Of a stretch of 64,000 nt of DNA, positions 30,840 to 41,695 are shown piece by piece. Origin of the DNA: Alphaproteobacteria bacterium (lineage in GTDB: Bacteria > Pseudomonadota > Alphaproteobacteria > JBFXJJ01). Location: the NCBI GenBank assembly GCA_050175015.1, contig JBFXJJ010000006.1, positions 1-64,000 of the forward strand, read 5' to 3'. The notes under the pieces were generated by a model. It was not told the origin of the DNA. It saw nothing but the letters and a program-made list of their open reading frames with translations, and did not search any database. Positions within the stretch are counted from its first letter, which is position 1. Every line of letters begins with the position of its first letter. The position numbers and the translations under genes were made by a program.

Positions 30840-33239
30840 TTATTTTCTTAGAATTCCACCTGTTTTCTTATTAACAGCATGAATTATCTGTGATGAAATA
30901 ACTTCTATCTCACTCTCAGAAAGAGTTCTCTCGGTTGGCAATAAAGTAACTTCTATTCCAACAGATTTTTTTCCTTTTTCTAAAGAACCACCAGCAAAAA
31001 CGTCAAACAACAATACATCTGATATTAATTGCTTATCAGCTGATTTAGTAGCTAGAATTACGTCACTTGCACTAATTTTTTCATCAACAACAAAAGCAAA
31101 ATCACGTTTAAGCGGCTGGAATTGCGAAAGAGCTAAATTCTTTTTTGCTTTTCCCTTATTTTTACGAGATTTAGGAACGCTATCAAGAAAAACTTCAAAA
31201 GCAACAACTGGGATTTTGATGTCTAACTTTTTCAACACCAATGGGTGAATTTCTCCAAAATATGCCAGAATATTTTTCCCCATTTTAAGAGCTCCTGCTC
31301 TTCCTGGGTGATAATAACTTGGAGCATCTGTTGCTGTTTGGATATTGTCATAAGAGACGCCTAAAGCCGCTAAGGCATCATAAGCATCAGCTTTAGCATC
31401 AAAGGCATCAACTACCCTAACTTTTTCATGACTGCTACGGACATTATAATTTCCAGTACGAACTCCAGCGGCAACATCTCTCTGATCTCCCGGCAAGTCT
31501 CCAAAAAATTCAGGTCCCACTTCAAACAATGCTAAATCGGAATATCCTCTAGCAATATTACGAAAAACAGCTGTTAACATATTAGGCAGCAAATTAGGAC
31601 GCATTTCATTAAGTTCTGAACTAATCGGATTTGCAAGCATAACAGGTTTGGCATCTGGTTTACGGAAAACTTCAGCAACAACCGAGGAAGTAAAACCATA
31701 AGTCAAAGCTTCGCAAAGCCCTCTTGTCGCAAGTCTTCTTTTGATAGATGAACTTTGAAGCTGCCTTTCAGTTAACACCATTTTAGGCATAGAATCTCTT
31801 GGAAGGGTTTCAAACGGTATCTTGTTGTAGCCATAAATCCTTATGACCTCTTCAATCAAATCGTGCTCCCCTTCAATATCATTACGCCAAGAAGGTGATT
31901 TAAAGAATACTTTATCAACCCCTTTTTCTTTTGCCTCAAAACCTAAAGTGGTTAAAATTGAAACAACGTCATCTTCTGCGATATCTATTCCAACAAGTTG
32001 TTTGATTCTAGTTGGTCTAATAAACACTTCTTTAGTATTATCAGGCATAGAACCAGCAATAATCGGTTCAGACAGCTCTCCGCCACAAATATCTAAGATA
32101 AGCTTAGCCGCATATTCTGAGCCAGTCATTGTCGATTTAGGGTCAACCCATCTTTCAAAGCGATATCTTGAATCAGAAACGATTTGAAGCTTACGTCCCG
32201 TATGAGCTATTTTAATTGGATCAAACAAAGCTGATTCTAGAAAAACATTTTCTGTTTCTTCTGTACAGCCTGTTGCTTGCCCGCCCATAATTCCGCCTAA
32301 GGATTGAACTTCAGCATTATCACAAACCGCAATCATACTTTCATCTAAGTTATAAATCTGCTCGTCTAAAGCTTCTAATTTTTCACCTTTTTTTGCATAT
32401 CTGATTTGAATATTGCCAACAAGTTTATCGGCATCAAATACATGTAAAGGACGGCATAAATCATAATTAATATAATTAGTAACATCAACTAAGGCCGATA
32501 TTGGTCTAAGCCCAACAGCAGTTAGACGATCCTTAAGCCATTTAGGACTTTGAACATTTTTTACACCCTTAATATAACGACCTATGAATAAGGGACAAGC
32601 GCTGTCATCACTTTCGAATTTAATTTCGACCCCGACAGGACTTGCAAAATTTCCCTTAACATCGCCGACATTAAGAGGTCTCAGCTTTCCTAAGCCCGCA
32701 GCAGCCAGATCTCTAGCTATGCCTCTTACACCTAAACAATCGCCCCTATTAGGAGTTACAGAAACATCGAAAATCGGGTCAAAAGTAATTGCTTTATTAG
32801 CCGCTTCACCAACAACCGCACTGGCTGGCAATTCAATAATACCATCATGACTATCACTTAAAAGAAGCTCTCTTTCCGAACAAAGCATACCTTGGCTTTC
32901 TACTCCTCTTATTTTGCCTTTTTTTAATTTTTCGTTATAAACAGGAATAAGGGTTCCCTCTAGAGCCAAAACACTTTTAAGACCTAAACGACAGTTAGGA
33001 GCGCCGCAGACAATTTGAATTTTTTCTTTGCCACTGTCTACAACCAAGAGCTTAAGTCTATCGGCATCGGGGTGCTTTTCACATGAAATGACTTCGCCTA
33101 CAATAAAACCATCAAGATATTTAGAGTTATCAACCAAACTTTCGACTTCTAAACCTATAACATTAAGTTTTTCAGCTATTTCTTGGGCTGTAGCCGTTGT
33201 TTCTAAATGTTCTCTTAACCAAGAATAAGTAAATTTCAT
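30840..33239 (-). CDS. pheT: Phenylalanine-tRNA ligase beta subunit
   Basis: MKFTYSWL, TPNRGDC, C-terminal FDX-ACB domain. Confidence 0.97.
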   Translation of the reverse strand: MKFTYSWLREHLETTATAQEIAEKLNVIGLEVESLVDNSKYLDGFIVGEVISCEKHPDADRLKLLVVDSGKEKIQIVCGAPNCRLGLKSVLALEGTLIPVYNEKLKKGKIRGVESQGMLCSERELLLSDSHDGIIELPASAVVGEAANKAITFDPIFDVSVTPNRGDCLGVRGIARDLAAAGLGKLRPLNVGDVKGNFASPVGVEIKFESDDSACPLFIGRYIKGVKNVQSPKWLKDRLTAVGLRPISALVDVTNYINYDLCRPLHVFDADKLVGNIQIRYAKKGEKLEALDEQIYNLDESMIAVCDNAEVQSLGGIMGGQATGCTEETENVFLESALFDPIKIAHTGRKLQIVSDSRYRFERWVDPKSTMTGSEYAAKLILDICGGELSEPIIAGSMPDNTKEVFIRPTRIKQLVGIDIAEDDVVSILTTLGFEAKEKGVDKVFFKSPSWRNDIEGEHDLIEEVIRIYGYNKIPFETLPRDSMPKMVLTERQLQSSSIKRRLATRGLCEALTYGFTSSVVAEVFRKPDAKPVMLANPISSELNEMRPNLLPNMLTAVFRNIARGYSDLALFEVGPEFFGDLPGDQRDVAAGVRTGNYNVRSSHEKVRVVDAFDAKADAYDALAALGVSYDNIQTATDAPSYYHPGRAGALKMGKNILAYFGEIHPLVLKKLDIKIPVVAFEVFLDSVPKSRKNKGKAKKNLALSQFQPLKRDFAFVVDEKISASDVILATKSADKQLISDVLLFDVFAGGSLEKGKKSVGIEVTLLPTERTLSESEIEVISSQIIHAVNKKTGGILRK

Positions 33240-34339
33240 TTCGCAACTCCCTTAGTCATACTTAAACCACCTGCAACACTTGGAACATCTAACGGCAAAA
33301 AGCCATAATGATCTATCCACCTGATATCTGTGTCAAAAAACGTTCTTAAATCTGGAATGCCATATTTAAGCATAGCCAAACGATCAAGTCCTAACCCAAA
33401 GGCAAAACCTTGATACTCATTAGGGTCGATGCCGCAATTTTTTAAAACATTGGGGTGAACCATTCCGCAGCCTAGAATCTCAAGCCAGTCATCGCCTTCT
33501 CCAATTGCAATAGCCCCGTCCCTGCGAGAACATTTTACATCTAACTCGGCAGAAGGTTCTGTAAATGGGAAAAACGATGGTCTTAATCTAACGGGAACAT
33601 CATCAACCTCAAAAATAGTCTTAATGAACTCTAAAAGACACCCCTTTAGATGAGCCATTGTGGTATTTTTATCAATCACTAACCCTTCAACTTGATGAAA
33701 CATAGGTGTATGTGTCATATCAGAATCACAGCGATAAGTTCTTCCTGGAGCAATAATCTTAATTGGAGGTTTTACTGATGTCATTGTCCTAATTTGGACA
33801 GGTGATGTATGCGTACGCAAAAGTTTTGAAACGGCACCATCTTCAGAACCAGATAGATAAAAAGTATCATGCATCTGACGAGCTGGGTGAGCCTCAGGAA
33901 TGTTAAGTGCGGTAAAATTATGAAAATCATCTTCAATATCAGGACCTTCAGCAACAGCAAAACCCATTTCTGAAAAGACAGCAACAACTTCTTCATAAAT
34001 TTGTGTCGTTGGGTGGATTTTTCCTCTTTTTTCAAAGCGTGGCGGCAAAGAAACATCGATTCTTTCGTTAATTAATTTTTGATTAATCTCTTCTTTCTCG
34101 AGAATATTTTTTCTTTTTTCTATTTCCGCTGAAGCTTCATCTTTAATAATGTTCAGCTCTTTGCCTGCATTTTTTCTTTCTTCTGGTGCCATTCCAGCAA
34201 GATTTTTCATAAAATTAGTAATTATCCCTTTTTTGCCAAGAGTTGCAACTCTTGCCTCTTCCAATGTTTTGATATCATTAGCTTTAGAAATAATTTCTAT
34301 AATTTCTTTTCTTAGTTCTGTGAAGTTATCCATCTGCAT
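33236..34339 (-). CDS. pheS: Phenylalanine-tRNA ligase alpha subunit
   Basis: HPARQMHDTF, LRTHTS, FPFTEPS. Confidence 0.97.
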   Translation of the reverse strand: MQMDNFTELRKEIIEIISKANDIKTLEEARVATLGKKGIITNFMKNLAGMAPEERKNAGKELNIIKDEASAEIEKRKNILEKEEINQKLINERIDVSLPPRFEKRGKIHPTTQIYEEVVAVFSEMGFAVAEGPDIEDDFHNFTALNIPEAHPARQMHDTFYLSGSEDGAVSKLLRTHTSPVQIRTMTSVKPPIKIIAPGRTYRCDSDMTHTPMFHQVEGLVIDKNTTMAHLKGCLLEFIKTIFEVDDVPVRLRPSFFPFTEPSAELDVKCSRRDGAIAIGEGDDWLEILGCGMVHPNVLKNCGIDPNEYQGFAFGLGLDRLAMLKYGIPDLRTFFDTDIRWIDHYGFLPLDVPSVAGGLSMTKGVAK

Positions 34340-34382
34340 TAAAATCCTTCATTCCATCATTCCAACAAAATCATCTTAAAAT

Positions 34383-34416
34383 AAAAGGGTCGCTTTATTA
34401 CTTGCGACCCCTTTAT
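34383..34416 (-). terminator. Intrinsic terminator after rplT
   Basis: AAAGGGTCGC...GCGACCCCTTT. Confidence 0.75.
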
Positions 34417-34439
34417 TCGTTTCTTTGTGTTTTGTAACC

Positions 34440-34793
34440 TTAAAGAGCCGCTTTAACCTTTTCAACTATCTTTGCAAAAGATTCTGGTTCATGCATAGCA
34501 AGGCTTGCTAAAACTTTACGATCAAATTCTAAGCCAAGCTTGTTTAAACCATTTACAAATTTAGAATAGGTAAGCCCATAAAGGCGAACACCTGCATTAA
34601 TTCTTTGTATCCAAAGCGAACGGAAGTTACGCTTGTTGTTTTTGCGGTCTCTATAAGCATATTTTAAGCCTTTTTCAACCTTTTGAACGGATACACGAAA
34701 AACGTTTTTATTACGACCGATATAACCCTGGGCTCTATCTAATGTCTTTTTATGACGAGCGTGGCGCGTCAATCCTCTTTTTATTCTAGCCAT
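34440..34793 (-). CDS. rplT: 50S ribosomal protein L20
   Basis: [17 protein letters not shown]. Confidence 0.97.
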   Translation of the reverse strand: MARIKRGLTRHARHKKTLDRAQGYIGRNKNVFRVSVQKVEKGLKYAYRDRKNNKRNFRSLWIQRINAGVRLYGLTYSKFVNGLNKLGLEFDRKVLASLAMHEPESFAKIVEKVKAAL

Positions 34794-34796
34794 TTC

Positions 34797-35003
34797 TTAC
34801 CTCTTAGCTGCATAGGGCATATGTTTAAGAATCGTGATTACATCAGAACTGCAAGCAACAACTGCGCCCCTTGCTTTTCTTTTCATGCTTTGAGATTTAA
34901 GACCAAGATGGTGTCGTTTTTTAGCAAAGCCACGTTTGACTTTACCTGTGCCTGTGAAGCTAAATCTTTTTTTAGCTGCACTTTTTGTTTTCATTTTGGG
35001 CAT
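34797..35003 (-). CDS. rpmI: 50S ribosomal protein L35
   Basis: [14 protein letters not shown]. Confidence 0.97.
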   Translation of the reverse strand: MPKMKTKSAAKKRFSFTGTGKVKRGFAKKRHHLGLKSQSMKRKARGAVVACSSDVITILKHMPYAAKR

Positions 35004-35041
35004 TTATATAAATCCTTATTTAGTAATTAAGTTTAATATTA

Positions 35042-35086
35042 AATGTTTAGGCATGCCCCAAAGCTTTCGCTTTGGCCCACAACATC
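35042..35086 (-). promoter_or_regulatory. Structured RNA leader upstream of rpmI (possible L20 autoregulatory element)
   Basis: GAUGUU-GUGGG-CCAAAGC-GAAA-GCUUUGG-GGCAUG-CCUA-AACAUU extended hairpin with a GNRA loop. Confidence 0.5.
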
Positions 35087-35196
35087 AACCAAAAATCACA
35101 AATTTATTGTGATCGATAAGTTGTTATAATCTTTTATTTTTTAAAAATCAATATCAAAGATTAGAGCATTAATACGATTTTCAAACTTTTTAATCT

Positions 35197-35733
35197 TTAT
35201 TTAGGAGCAACAACCATCATCATCTGTTTGCCGTCTAACTTTGGTGAAGTTTCAATTTTGGCAACAGAACTGAGATCTTCTTTTAATTTTTCAAGAATAT
35301 CTTTTCCTAATTGAATGTTGGCCATTTCTCTGCCTCTAAATCGCATTGTAAACTTAACCTTATCCCCATCTTCTATGAATCTTTTTGCAGCCTTAAGCTT
35401 AACATCATAATCATGATCTTCGATTAGAGGTCTTATTTTCAATTCTTTAATATTAACTACTTTCTGCTTTTTCTTAGCATCAGCTTTTTTCTTCTGAGCT
35501 TCATACTTGTACTTACCGTAGTCAATAATCTTACAGACAGGCGGATCAACATTAGGTGAAACCTCAACTAAATCCAAGCCAGCCTCATAAGCTCTTTTAA
35601 TGGCTTCTTTTGTTGCTACCACACCTATATTTTCACCATTTTCATCAATAAGACGAACTGTTGCATTATTGATTTCTTCGTTTGCACGTGGTCCTTCTTT
35701 AGGAGGCAGTGCATTATTAGCTAAGTTTGATAT
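35197..35733 (-). CDS. infC: Translation initiation factor IF-3 (ATA start)
   Basis: Frame extends upstream through GPRANEEI...VRLID to an ATA at 35733 preceded by AAGGAG. Confidence 0.93.
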   Translation of the reverse strand: MSNLANNALPPKEGPRANEEINNATVRLIDENGENIGVVATKEAIKRAYEAGLDLVEVSPNVDPPVCKIIDYGKYKYEAQKKKADAKKKQKVVNIKELKIRPLIEDHDYDVKLKAAKRFIEDGDKVKFTMRFRGREMANIQLGKDILEKLKEDLSSVAKIETSPKLDGKQMMMVVAPK

Positions 35734-35805
35734 GTATTTTTCTCCTTATATAAATTTACTAACTGCAATCATTTTTTCTTTAAACAAATTAAAGAAAACC
35801 AACAT

Positions 35806-37722
35806 TTAATCAATACTTGGCATCTTAGATTCATTTTTTAAAATTTCAACAATTTTATCAAGAGCAATAATTTCTTGGTTATCACCACCAAGGCGTCTTA
35901 AAGCTACCGTTCTATCTTCGGCTTCTTTGTTGCCAACAACCAAGATTAATGGAACTTTTGCTTTAGAGTGTTCTCTAATTTTATAGCCAACTTTTTCATT
36001 TCTTACATCGATATCAACTCTTAAGCCTTGCTTCTTAAGAATATCTCTAACCTCGTAAGCATAATCATCAACATTGTTAGTAATTGTTGTAACAACGGCT
36101 TGAACTGGAGATAACCACAGAGGAAATTTGCCAGCATAAAATTCAATCATCGTTCCAATAAAACGCTCAAGTGAGCCAAATAATGCTCTATGCAGCATAA
36201 CAGGACGGTGCTTTGCTCCATCTTCCCCAACATAACTAATATCAAAACGTTCAGGAAGGTTCAAATCTGCTTGCAATGTTCCAAGCTGCCATTCACGCCC
36301 CAATGCATCTTTAACTTTAAAGTCAAGTTTAGGTCCATAGAATGCTCCATCGCCTTCATTTATGGTATATTTATAGCCTAAATGAGTTAGAGAATCAGCC
36401 AAAGCATTCTCCAATTTATCCCACAAGCTATCATCACCAATTCTTTCAGCTGGACGGGTTGAAAGTTTAATTGCGACATCACCCAGACCAAAATCTTTAT
36501 AAATATCAAGCATTAATGTAATAACTTTTTGGCATTCTTCTTCCAACTGCTTCTCTGTGCAGAAAATATGGGCATCATCTTGAGTAAACGCACGAACACG
36601 CATCAAACCGTGCAAAGCTCCAGATGGTTCATAACGGTGAACTTTACCAAATTCTGCAATATAAAGAGGTAAATCACGATAGCTTTTTATTCCTTGCTTA
36701 TAGATTAAAAGACCGCCTGGACAGTTCATAGGTTTTACAGCAAAAACACGTTCTTCAATTTCTGTTGTAAACATATTTTCACGATACCAGTCCCAGTGTC
36801 CTGAAGTTTCCCAAAGGGTACGATCCATAATTTGCGGAGTGTTAACTTCGATATAACCTGCGGCAAGCTGTCTTTTTCTCATATATTCAATAAGAGTACA
36901 GAAAAGTGTCCAGCCTTTATGGTGCCAAAAAACATCTCCTGGAGCATATTGCTCAAAATGGAACAAATCCATTTCTTGTCCTAAACGACGATGATCTCTT
37001 TTTTCAGCTTCTTCCAAAATTGTAAGATATTGTTTTAATCTTTTTTTATCCTGCCAACAGGTGCCATATATTCTCTGAAGCATTTCATTATCAGAATTGC
37101 CGCGCCAATAAGCTCCAGCAACTTTCATAAGTTTAAACCCATCTCCTATTTTGCCCGTAGATGGCACGTGAGGACCTCGGCACAAATCAATAAAATCACC
37201 CTGACGATAAAGGCTTATGGTTTCACCAGCCGGAAGATCTTTTATGATTTCTGCTTTATAATTTTCACCTTTTTCTAAAAAGAATTTGACTGCCTCGTCT
37301 CTATCCCACTCTTCTCGAGTTATCTTTTCGTTTCTTCTAACGATTTCGGTCATCTTTGCTTCTATTTTTGTTAAATCATCGCTAGAAAAAGGCTCTTTCT
37401 TAGCAAAATCATAATAGAAACCATTATCAATTGCAGGGCCTATGGTAACTTGAACATCTTGGTAAAGTTCTTTTACTGCTTCAGCCATAATATGAGAGCA
37501 GCTATGACGTAGGATTTCCAAACCATCATCATCTTCAGCTGTTACAATAGTTACCTCGGCATTTTTTTCTATTTTAGTGGCTAAATCCTTTAATTTTCCA
37601 TCTAATTTAATAGCCAGAGCTTTTTTTGCCAGCCCCGAACTAATTTTTTCAGCCAATTCAAAACCCGTTACTGCCTCTGCAACTTCGAGTATTTTGCCAT
37701 CAGGTAATTTTATTGCTATCAT
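35806..37722 (-). CDS. thrS: Threonine-tRNA ligase
   Basis: TGS domain, DLCRGPH, KPMNCP, GSLERF. Confidence 0.97.
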   Translation of the reverse strand: MIAIKLPDGKILEVAEAVTGFELAEKISSGLAKKALAIKLDGKLKDLATKIEKNAEVTIVTAEDDDGLEILRHSCSHIMAEAVKELYQDVQVTIGPAIDNGFYYDFAKKEPFSSDDLTKIEAKMTEIVRRNEKITREEWDRDEAVKFFLEKGENYKAEIIKDLPAGETISLYRQGDFIDLCRGPHVPSTGKIGDGFKLMKVAGAYWRGNSDNEMLQRIYGTCWQDKKRLKQYLTILEEAEKRDHRRLGQEMDLFHFEQYAPGDVFWHHKGWTLFCTLIEYMRKRQLAAGYIEVNTPQIMDRTLWETSGHWDWYRENMFTTEIEERVFAVKPMNCPGGLLIYKQGIKSYRDLPLYIAEFGKVHRYEPSGALHGLMRVRAFTQDDAHIFCTEKQLEEECQKVITLMLDIYKDFGLGDVAIKLSTRPAERIGDDSLWDKLENALADSLTHLGYKYTINEGDGAFYGPKLDFKVKDALGREWQLGTLQADLNLPERFDISYVGEDGAKHRPVMLHRALFGSLERFIGTMIEFYAGKFPLWLSPVQAVVTTITNNVDDYAYEVRDILKKQGLRVDIDVRNEKVGYKIREHSKAKVPLILVVGNKEAEDRTVALRRLGGDNQEIIALDKIVEILKNESKMPSID

Positions 37723-37781
37723 CTTTAACCTTTTAATTTTAAGTTTTACTTTTCATATATTTAAGACGAAATTAGAATTAG

Positions 37782-38720
37782 TCAAGAAAAGCTAAAGTTT
37801 TTCTCTAAAAAATCATCAACTTCATCACAAGTTAAATTATTTAAATCGTCCTTTTGCATAATTTTTACATCACCATAAGGGCGGCATAAATCTGGATTAG
37901 AATTACTGGAAAACAAAACTAAACACGGCGTTTTTGCTGCCGCTATTAAATGCATAGGACCAGTATCATTGCCTACAGCCAAGACCGCTTCACGTGCTAG
38001 ATCTGCGATATCTTCAAATTTTGTTTTCCCCATTAAAGAAATCGCATCTGGGCATTCTTTAATAATTATATCAATCGACTCTCTTTCACTATCACCACCA
38101 ATAATGACAGGGACAATTGCTTTTTTTAAAAATCTTTTTGCTAATTCCGCATAATTTAAAGAAGTCCATCTTTTTTGCGGACGATGTTTGGCGCCGCCTG
38201 GTACAAGTAGGACATATGGTTTTTTTATATTAAAATCAGTTTTAACATCGGCTGTAAACCAAGAGATATCTGGAACTGGAACATTTTTTATTCCCGCCAT
38301 TTGCAACTGCTCTTTCTGCCTATCTACCGTATGCATAAAATCTCTTTTAGAATTACTATGAGGATATTTGCACCCCTTAGCAATTCCAGACCAATCTCCT
38401 TGAAACCCGAGCAATTTCGCAATATAGAAATAACGGTTCGTTCTTTTTGAGGTCTGCAAATCATAAACAATTTGATATTTTTTTATAATCTTTGCGGTTT
38501 TAAACCAGCCTTTTATATTGAACCACTTAGGACGTTCATCAATTACAATCTCATCAAACCACTTGCATTTTTTTGCCATTTCATAATATGGCTTTGTGGT
38601 CATTAAGGTTATGTGAGCTTGAGGAAATTGCTGCCTTATAGCCTTAAAAGGTCCTGTCGCCTGAATAAAATCTCCAAAAGCGCTTAATTTTATTATTAAA
38701 ATTTTTTCTTCAACGTTCAA
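37782..38720 (-). CDS. GT9 glycosyltransferase (heptosyltransferase-like)
   Basis: IKLSAFGD, GNDTGPMHL. Confidence 0.9.
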   Translation of the reverse strand: MNVEEKILIIKLSAFGDFIQATGPFKAIRQQFPQAHITLMTTKPYYEMAKKCKWFDEIVIDERPKWFNIKGWFKTAKIIKKYQIVYDLQTSKRTNRYFYIAKLLGFQGDWSGIAKGCKYPHSNSKRDFMHTVDRQKEQLQMAGIKNVPVPDISWFTADVKTDFNIKKPYVLLVPGGAKHRPQKRWTSLNYAELAKRFLKKAIVPVIIGGDSERESIDIIIKECPDAISLMGKTKFEDIADLAREAVLAVGNDTGPMHLIAAAKTPCLVLFSSNSNPDLCRPYGDVKIMQKDDLNNLTCDEVDDFLEKNFSFS

Positions 38721-38730
38721 CTTCGTTTCT

Positions 38731-39888
38731 CTAATTTTGAGCCGATTTTAAAATTTCCTGATAAACCGCAATTTCACCTTCACACATTTTTTTTGTTGAA
38801 AAGATCTCTTTAGCATTATTTATAGCACTTAGAGATATTTCTTTTCTTTTTGAGGAATCCATTGCAAAAATCTCTTTTATTTTTTCGGCCAAAGCTTCGG
38901 GATTAGCAGGAGGAACAAGAAAACCTGTTTTGCCGTCTTCTATAGTTTCACAAGCCCCGCCGTGAGCGCTCGCAATAACGATTTTGCCCATAGCTTGACC
39001 CTCGATAGCAACTCTGCCAAAGGCTTCCGGATCAGTTGAAGCCGAAACAACTATATTGGCAAGCATATAAGCCGCAGGCATATCATCACAATTATCTACG
39101 ATATGAAAAACGCCCTCTAAACCACGAGATTTAACTAAACGTTCAAGCTCTCTTCGATATGAGCGACGCCCCTGATCTGAGCCCAATAAGACACATCTAA
39201 AGTCCTTATTCTCCAACTTTGATACCGCATCAATCAGCACCCTTTGACCTTTCCACCTAGTAAGACGGCCTGGGAGCATAATAACGGGAGCATCTTCTGG
39301 AAGACGCCATCTTTTTGCCAGCCGAATCATTCTCTCGGCACTTACTCTGGAAATATCAAATTTATCAGTGTCAACACCACGATGGACAATCCTGATTAAA
39401 TCTTCTGAAATATTATAATTTTTCTTTATGTGTTCAGCGATAAATGAAGATATTGCAATAACCTTTTCGCCTTTGGTCATAACAGCGTTATACCGTTTTT
39501 TTATCCCCCAAGGACCTAAACCATAAGTTCCGTGAAAAGTCGTTATAAAATGAACTCCTGCTTCTTGGGCTGCCTTAAAAGCACTCCAAGCTGGAGCTCT
39601 GGAACGGGCGTGAACGATTCCAACCTTTTTCTCTTTAATGATTTCTACTAATTTTTGAGCGTTTTTATTAATTACCCAAGGCTTCTTTGTTTTAACAGGA
39701 AGAGTAATATGCTCAACTCCTATCCTGTCAAGTTCACGAACCATAGCACCGCCAGATGACACTACAATATTAGGCCAGCTCATTTTAGTAAGAGCCGTCG
39801 CAACTTCTATGGTTCCTCTTTCTACCCCGCCCGTCTCAAGTTCTGGCAGAATCTGCATTATTACTGGCATATCAACATTAGAATTCAT
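38731..39888 (-). CDS. GT4 glycosyltransferase
   Basis: GGVERGT, HARSRAPAW, EAFGRVAIE. Confidence 0.92.
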   Translation of the reverse strand: MNSNVDMPVIMQILPELETGGVERGTIEVATALTKMSWPNIVVSSGGAMVRELDRIGVEHITLPVKTKKPWVINKNAQKLVEIIKEKKVGIVHARSRAPAWSAFKAAQEAGVHFITTFHGTYGLGPWGIKKRYNAVMTKGEKVIAISSFIAEHIKKNYNISEDLIRIVHRGVDTDKFDISRVSAERMIRLAKRWRLPEDAPVIMLPGRLTRWKGQRVLIDAVSKLENKDFRCVLLGSDQGRRSYRRELERLVKSRGLEGVFHIVDNCDDMPAAYMLANIVVSASTDPEAFGRVAIEGQAMGKIVIASAHGGACETIEDGKTGFLVPPANPEALAEKIKEIFAMDSSKRKEISLSAINNAKEIFSTKKMCEGEIAVYQEILKSAQN

Positions 39889-39917
39889 TTTTTATATTCT
39901 TATATTACTTTTAAAAT

Positions 39918-40307
39918 CTATTTTATATTACTAGTGTAGTTAACGCTTTTATTTTGGACATAGCCCTTCTTTTTCATACAGCTTTTATACATTGTTGACG
40001 AGACCATATTGGATCTTTTGTCATAATTAACTGTTACAGCATCAGCTCCTTCATAAGGCACATAACTTGCCCAAATACCGTTAGAATCTTCCCATCTTGC
40101 TCTAAGCTCCAATCTTCTTTTTTCAAAAAGATCTTTTAATTTTGGAACCCGCCAAGGAAAAAAATCAGCCTTACGCATACAATACTGATGATCTTCGCCA
40201 AATTGATAAACTCCAGTTCCAGCTTTTTCCCAAACAAAAACTTTTTGACCTGAACAACCTGTCAAAATTAATAAAGCAATGGCTATAACTGAAACTCGCA
40301 GCATCAT
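39918..40307 (-). CDS. Hypothetical lipoprotein
   Basis: MMLRVSVIAIALLILTGC lipobox. Confidence 0.7.
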   Translation of the reverse strand: MMLRVSVIAIALLILTGCSGQKVFVWEKAGTGVYQFGEDHQYCMRKADFFPWRVPKLKDLFEKRRLELRARWEDSNGIWASYVPYEGADAVTVNYDKRSNMVSSTMYKSCMKKKGYVQNKSVNYTSNIK

Positions 40308-40414
40308 AAAATTTATCCAAACCTCCACGCCACACGTTACAACAAAATATTGCGCCTTAACAACAATAAATAACAACTGTTAGTGTTTTTTTGTTTATAG
40401 TTTTGTTTTGTGAT

Positions 40415-41083
40415 TTAAAAATCTAAGTTTTCATAGTCTGGCTGAGGATCCAGCCCTACAATTTTATCTGATAAAACATCTCTAAATGTTGGTCTTGATT
40501 TAATCCTAGCATACCAATTTTTAGCTTCGATATGGTCATTCCAAGGAACATCTCCTAAATAATCAACAACAGATAAATGAGCCGCAGCAGCAATATCAGC
40601 AAGCGAGAACGATGTTCCCGCAATCCATCTTCTTCTTTCAATAAGCCATGAAATATAATCGAGATGGACATGAATGTTCTTTTTACCGGCAGCAATAAAT
40701 CGAGAATCGGGAGAGCCGCTTTTAGATAATCTTTTTATAAGTTTTTCACCAACTATATTTAAGAAAACTTCATTATAGAACTTACGATCGAACCAACTTA
40801 CGATGCGCCTTACTTCTGCACGCTCTAATGGATCAGAACCTATCAATTTTGTATCACCATACTGCTCATCTAAATATTCGCATATTGCATTATGGTCAGG
40901 AACAATAACCCCATTATCCTCTATTAAAACTGGCACCTCACCTGAAGGGTCCACTTTTAAAAACTCAATACTGCGGCGCCAAGGCTTTTGCTCAATCAAT
41001 GAAAAAACTTCTCTTTTTTCAGCAAGCATTATCCTTACTTTACGGCAAAAAGGCGACATACAATAGTGGTGAAGCTGCTTCAT
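40415..41083 (-). CDS. fzlA: GST-fold protein, FtsZ-binding FzlA-like
   Basis: WYARIKSRPTFR and C-terminal YENLDF typical of FzlA. Confidence 0.75.
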   Translation of the reverse strand: MKQLHHYCMSPFCRKVRIMLAEKREVFSLIEQKPWRRSIEFLKVDPSGEVPVLIEDNGVIVPDHNAICEYLDEQYGDTKLIGSDPLERAEVRRIVSWFDRKFYNEVFLNIVGEKLIKRLSKSGSPDSRFIAAGKKNIHVHLDYISWLIERRRWIAGTSFSLADIAAAAHLSVVDYLGDVPWNDHIEAKNWYARIKSRPTFRDVLSDKIVGLDPQPDYENLDF

Positions 41084-41440
41084 AATAATCCTAAACTTTA
41101 ATGTCCTAGCATTTAATTAATATAATAAACAAAACTTTTGTATCAAGATAATGTTTCTATTATTTTTTTCCATTACCATTTTTTTCTTAAACCGTAAAAA
41201 ACATATCGATTCGAAAGAAAGCCTACTAAATATTTTTGTTTTTTGATGATTTAGCTAGCAAATTCTAAAAAAAATATTAAGCTATTGTTACTTTTTGATA
41301 AAGATTGCTTGCTAATCAAAGTTTTTTTATATAAAACCATATTCTTTAATGTTTTATAGCATATCTTAAATTTTGAATTTTCATAATCAAAGTTAAAGTT
41401 ATGCTGGTTGTGTTTAATATTTTTTTTAAGGATTTTAGCT

Positions 41441-41641
41441 ATGGCTGTTCCAAAGAAGAAAACTTCTAAATCTCGCAGAGATATGCGCAGATCTCATCAC
41501 GCACTTAAAGGCAACGCCTATATGGAATGCCCAAATTGCGGTGAACTAAAACGCCCTCACAACGTTTGCGGCGAATGTGGTCATTATAATGATAAAGAAG
41601 TGTTAAGAGTTACCATTTCTGAAGAAACTACTTCCGCTTAA
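41441..41641 (+). CDS. rpmF: 50S ribosomal protein L32
   Basis: MAVPKKKTS, two CxxC motifs. Confidence 0.96.
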   Translation: MAVPKKKTSKSRRDMRRSHHALKGNAYMECPNCGELKRPHNVCGECGHYNDKEVLRVTISEETTSA

Positions 41642-41695
41642 TTTAAAGTTGCTTTCGGAGCGCTTTAATTAAATAGTTTTGAGGAGATATCTGCA

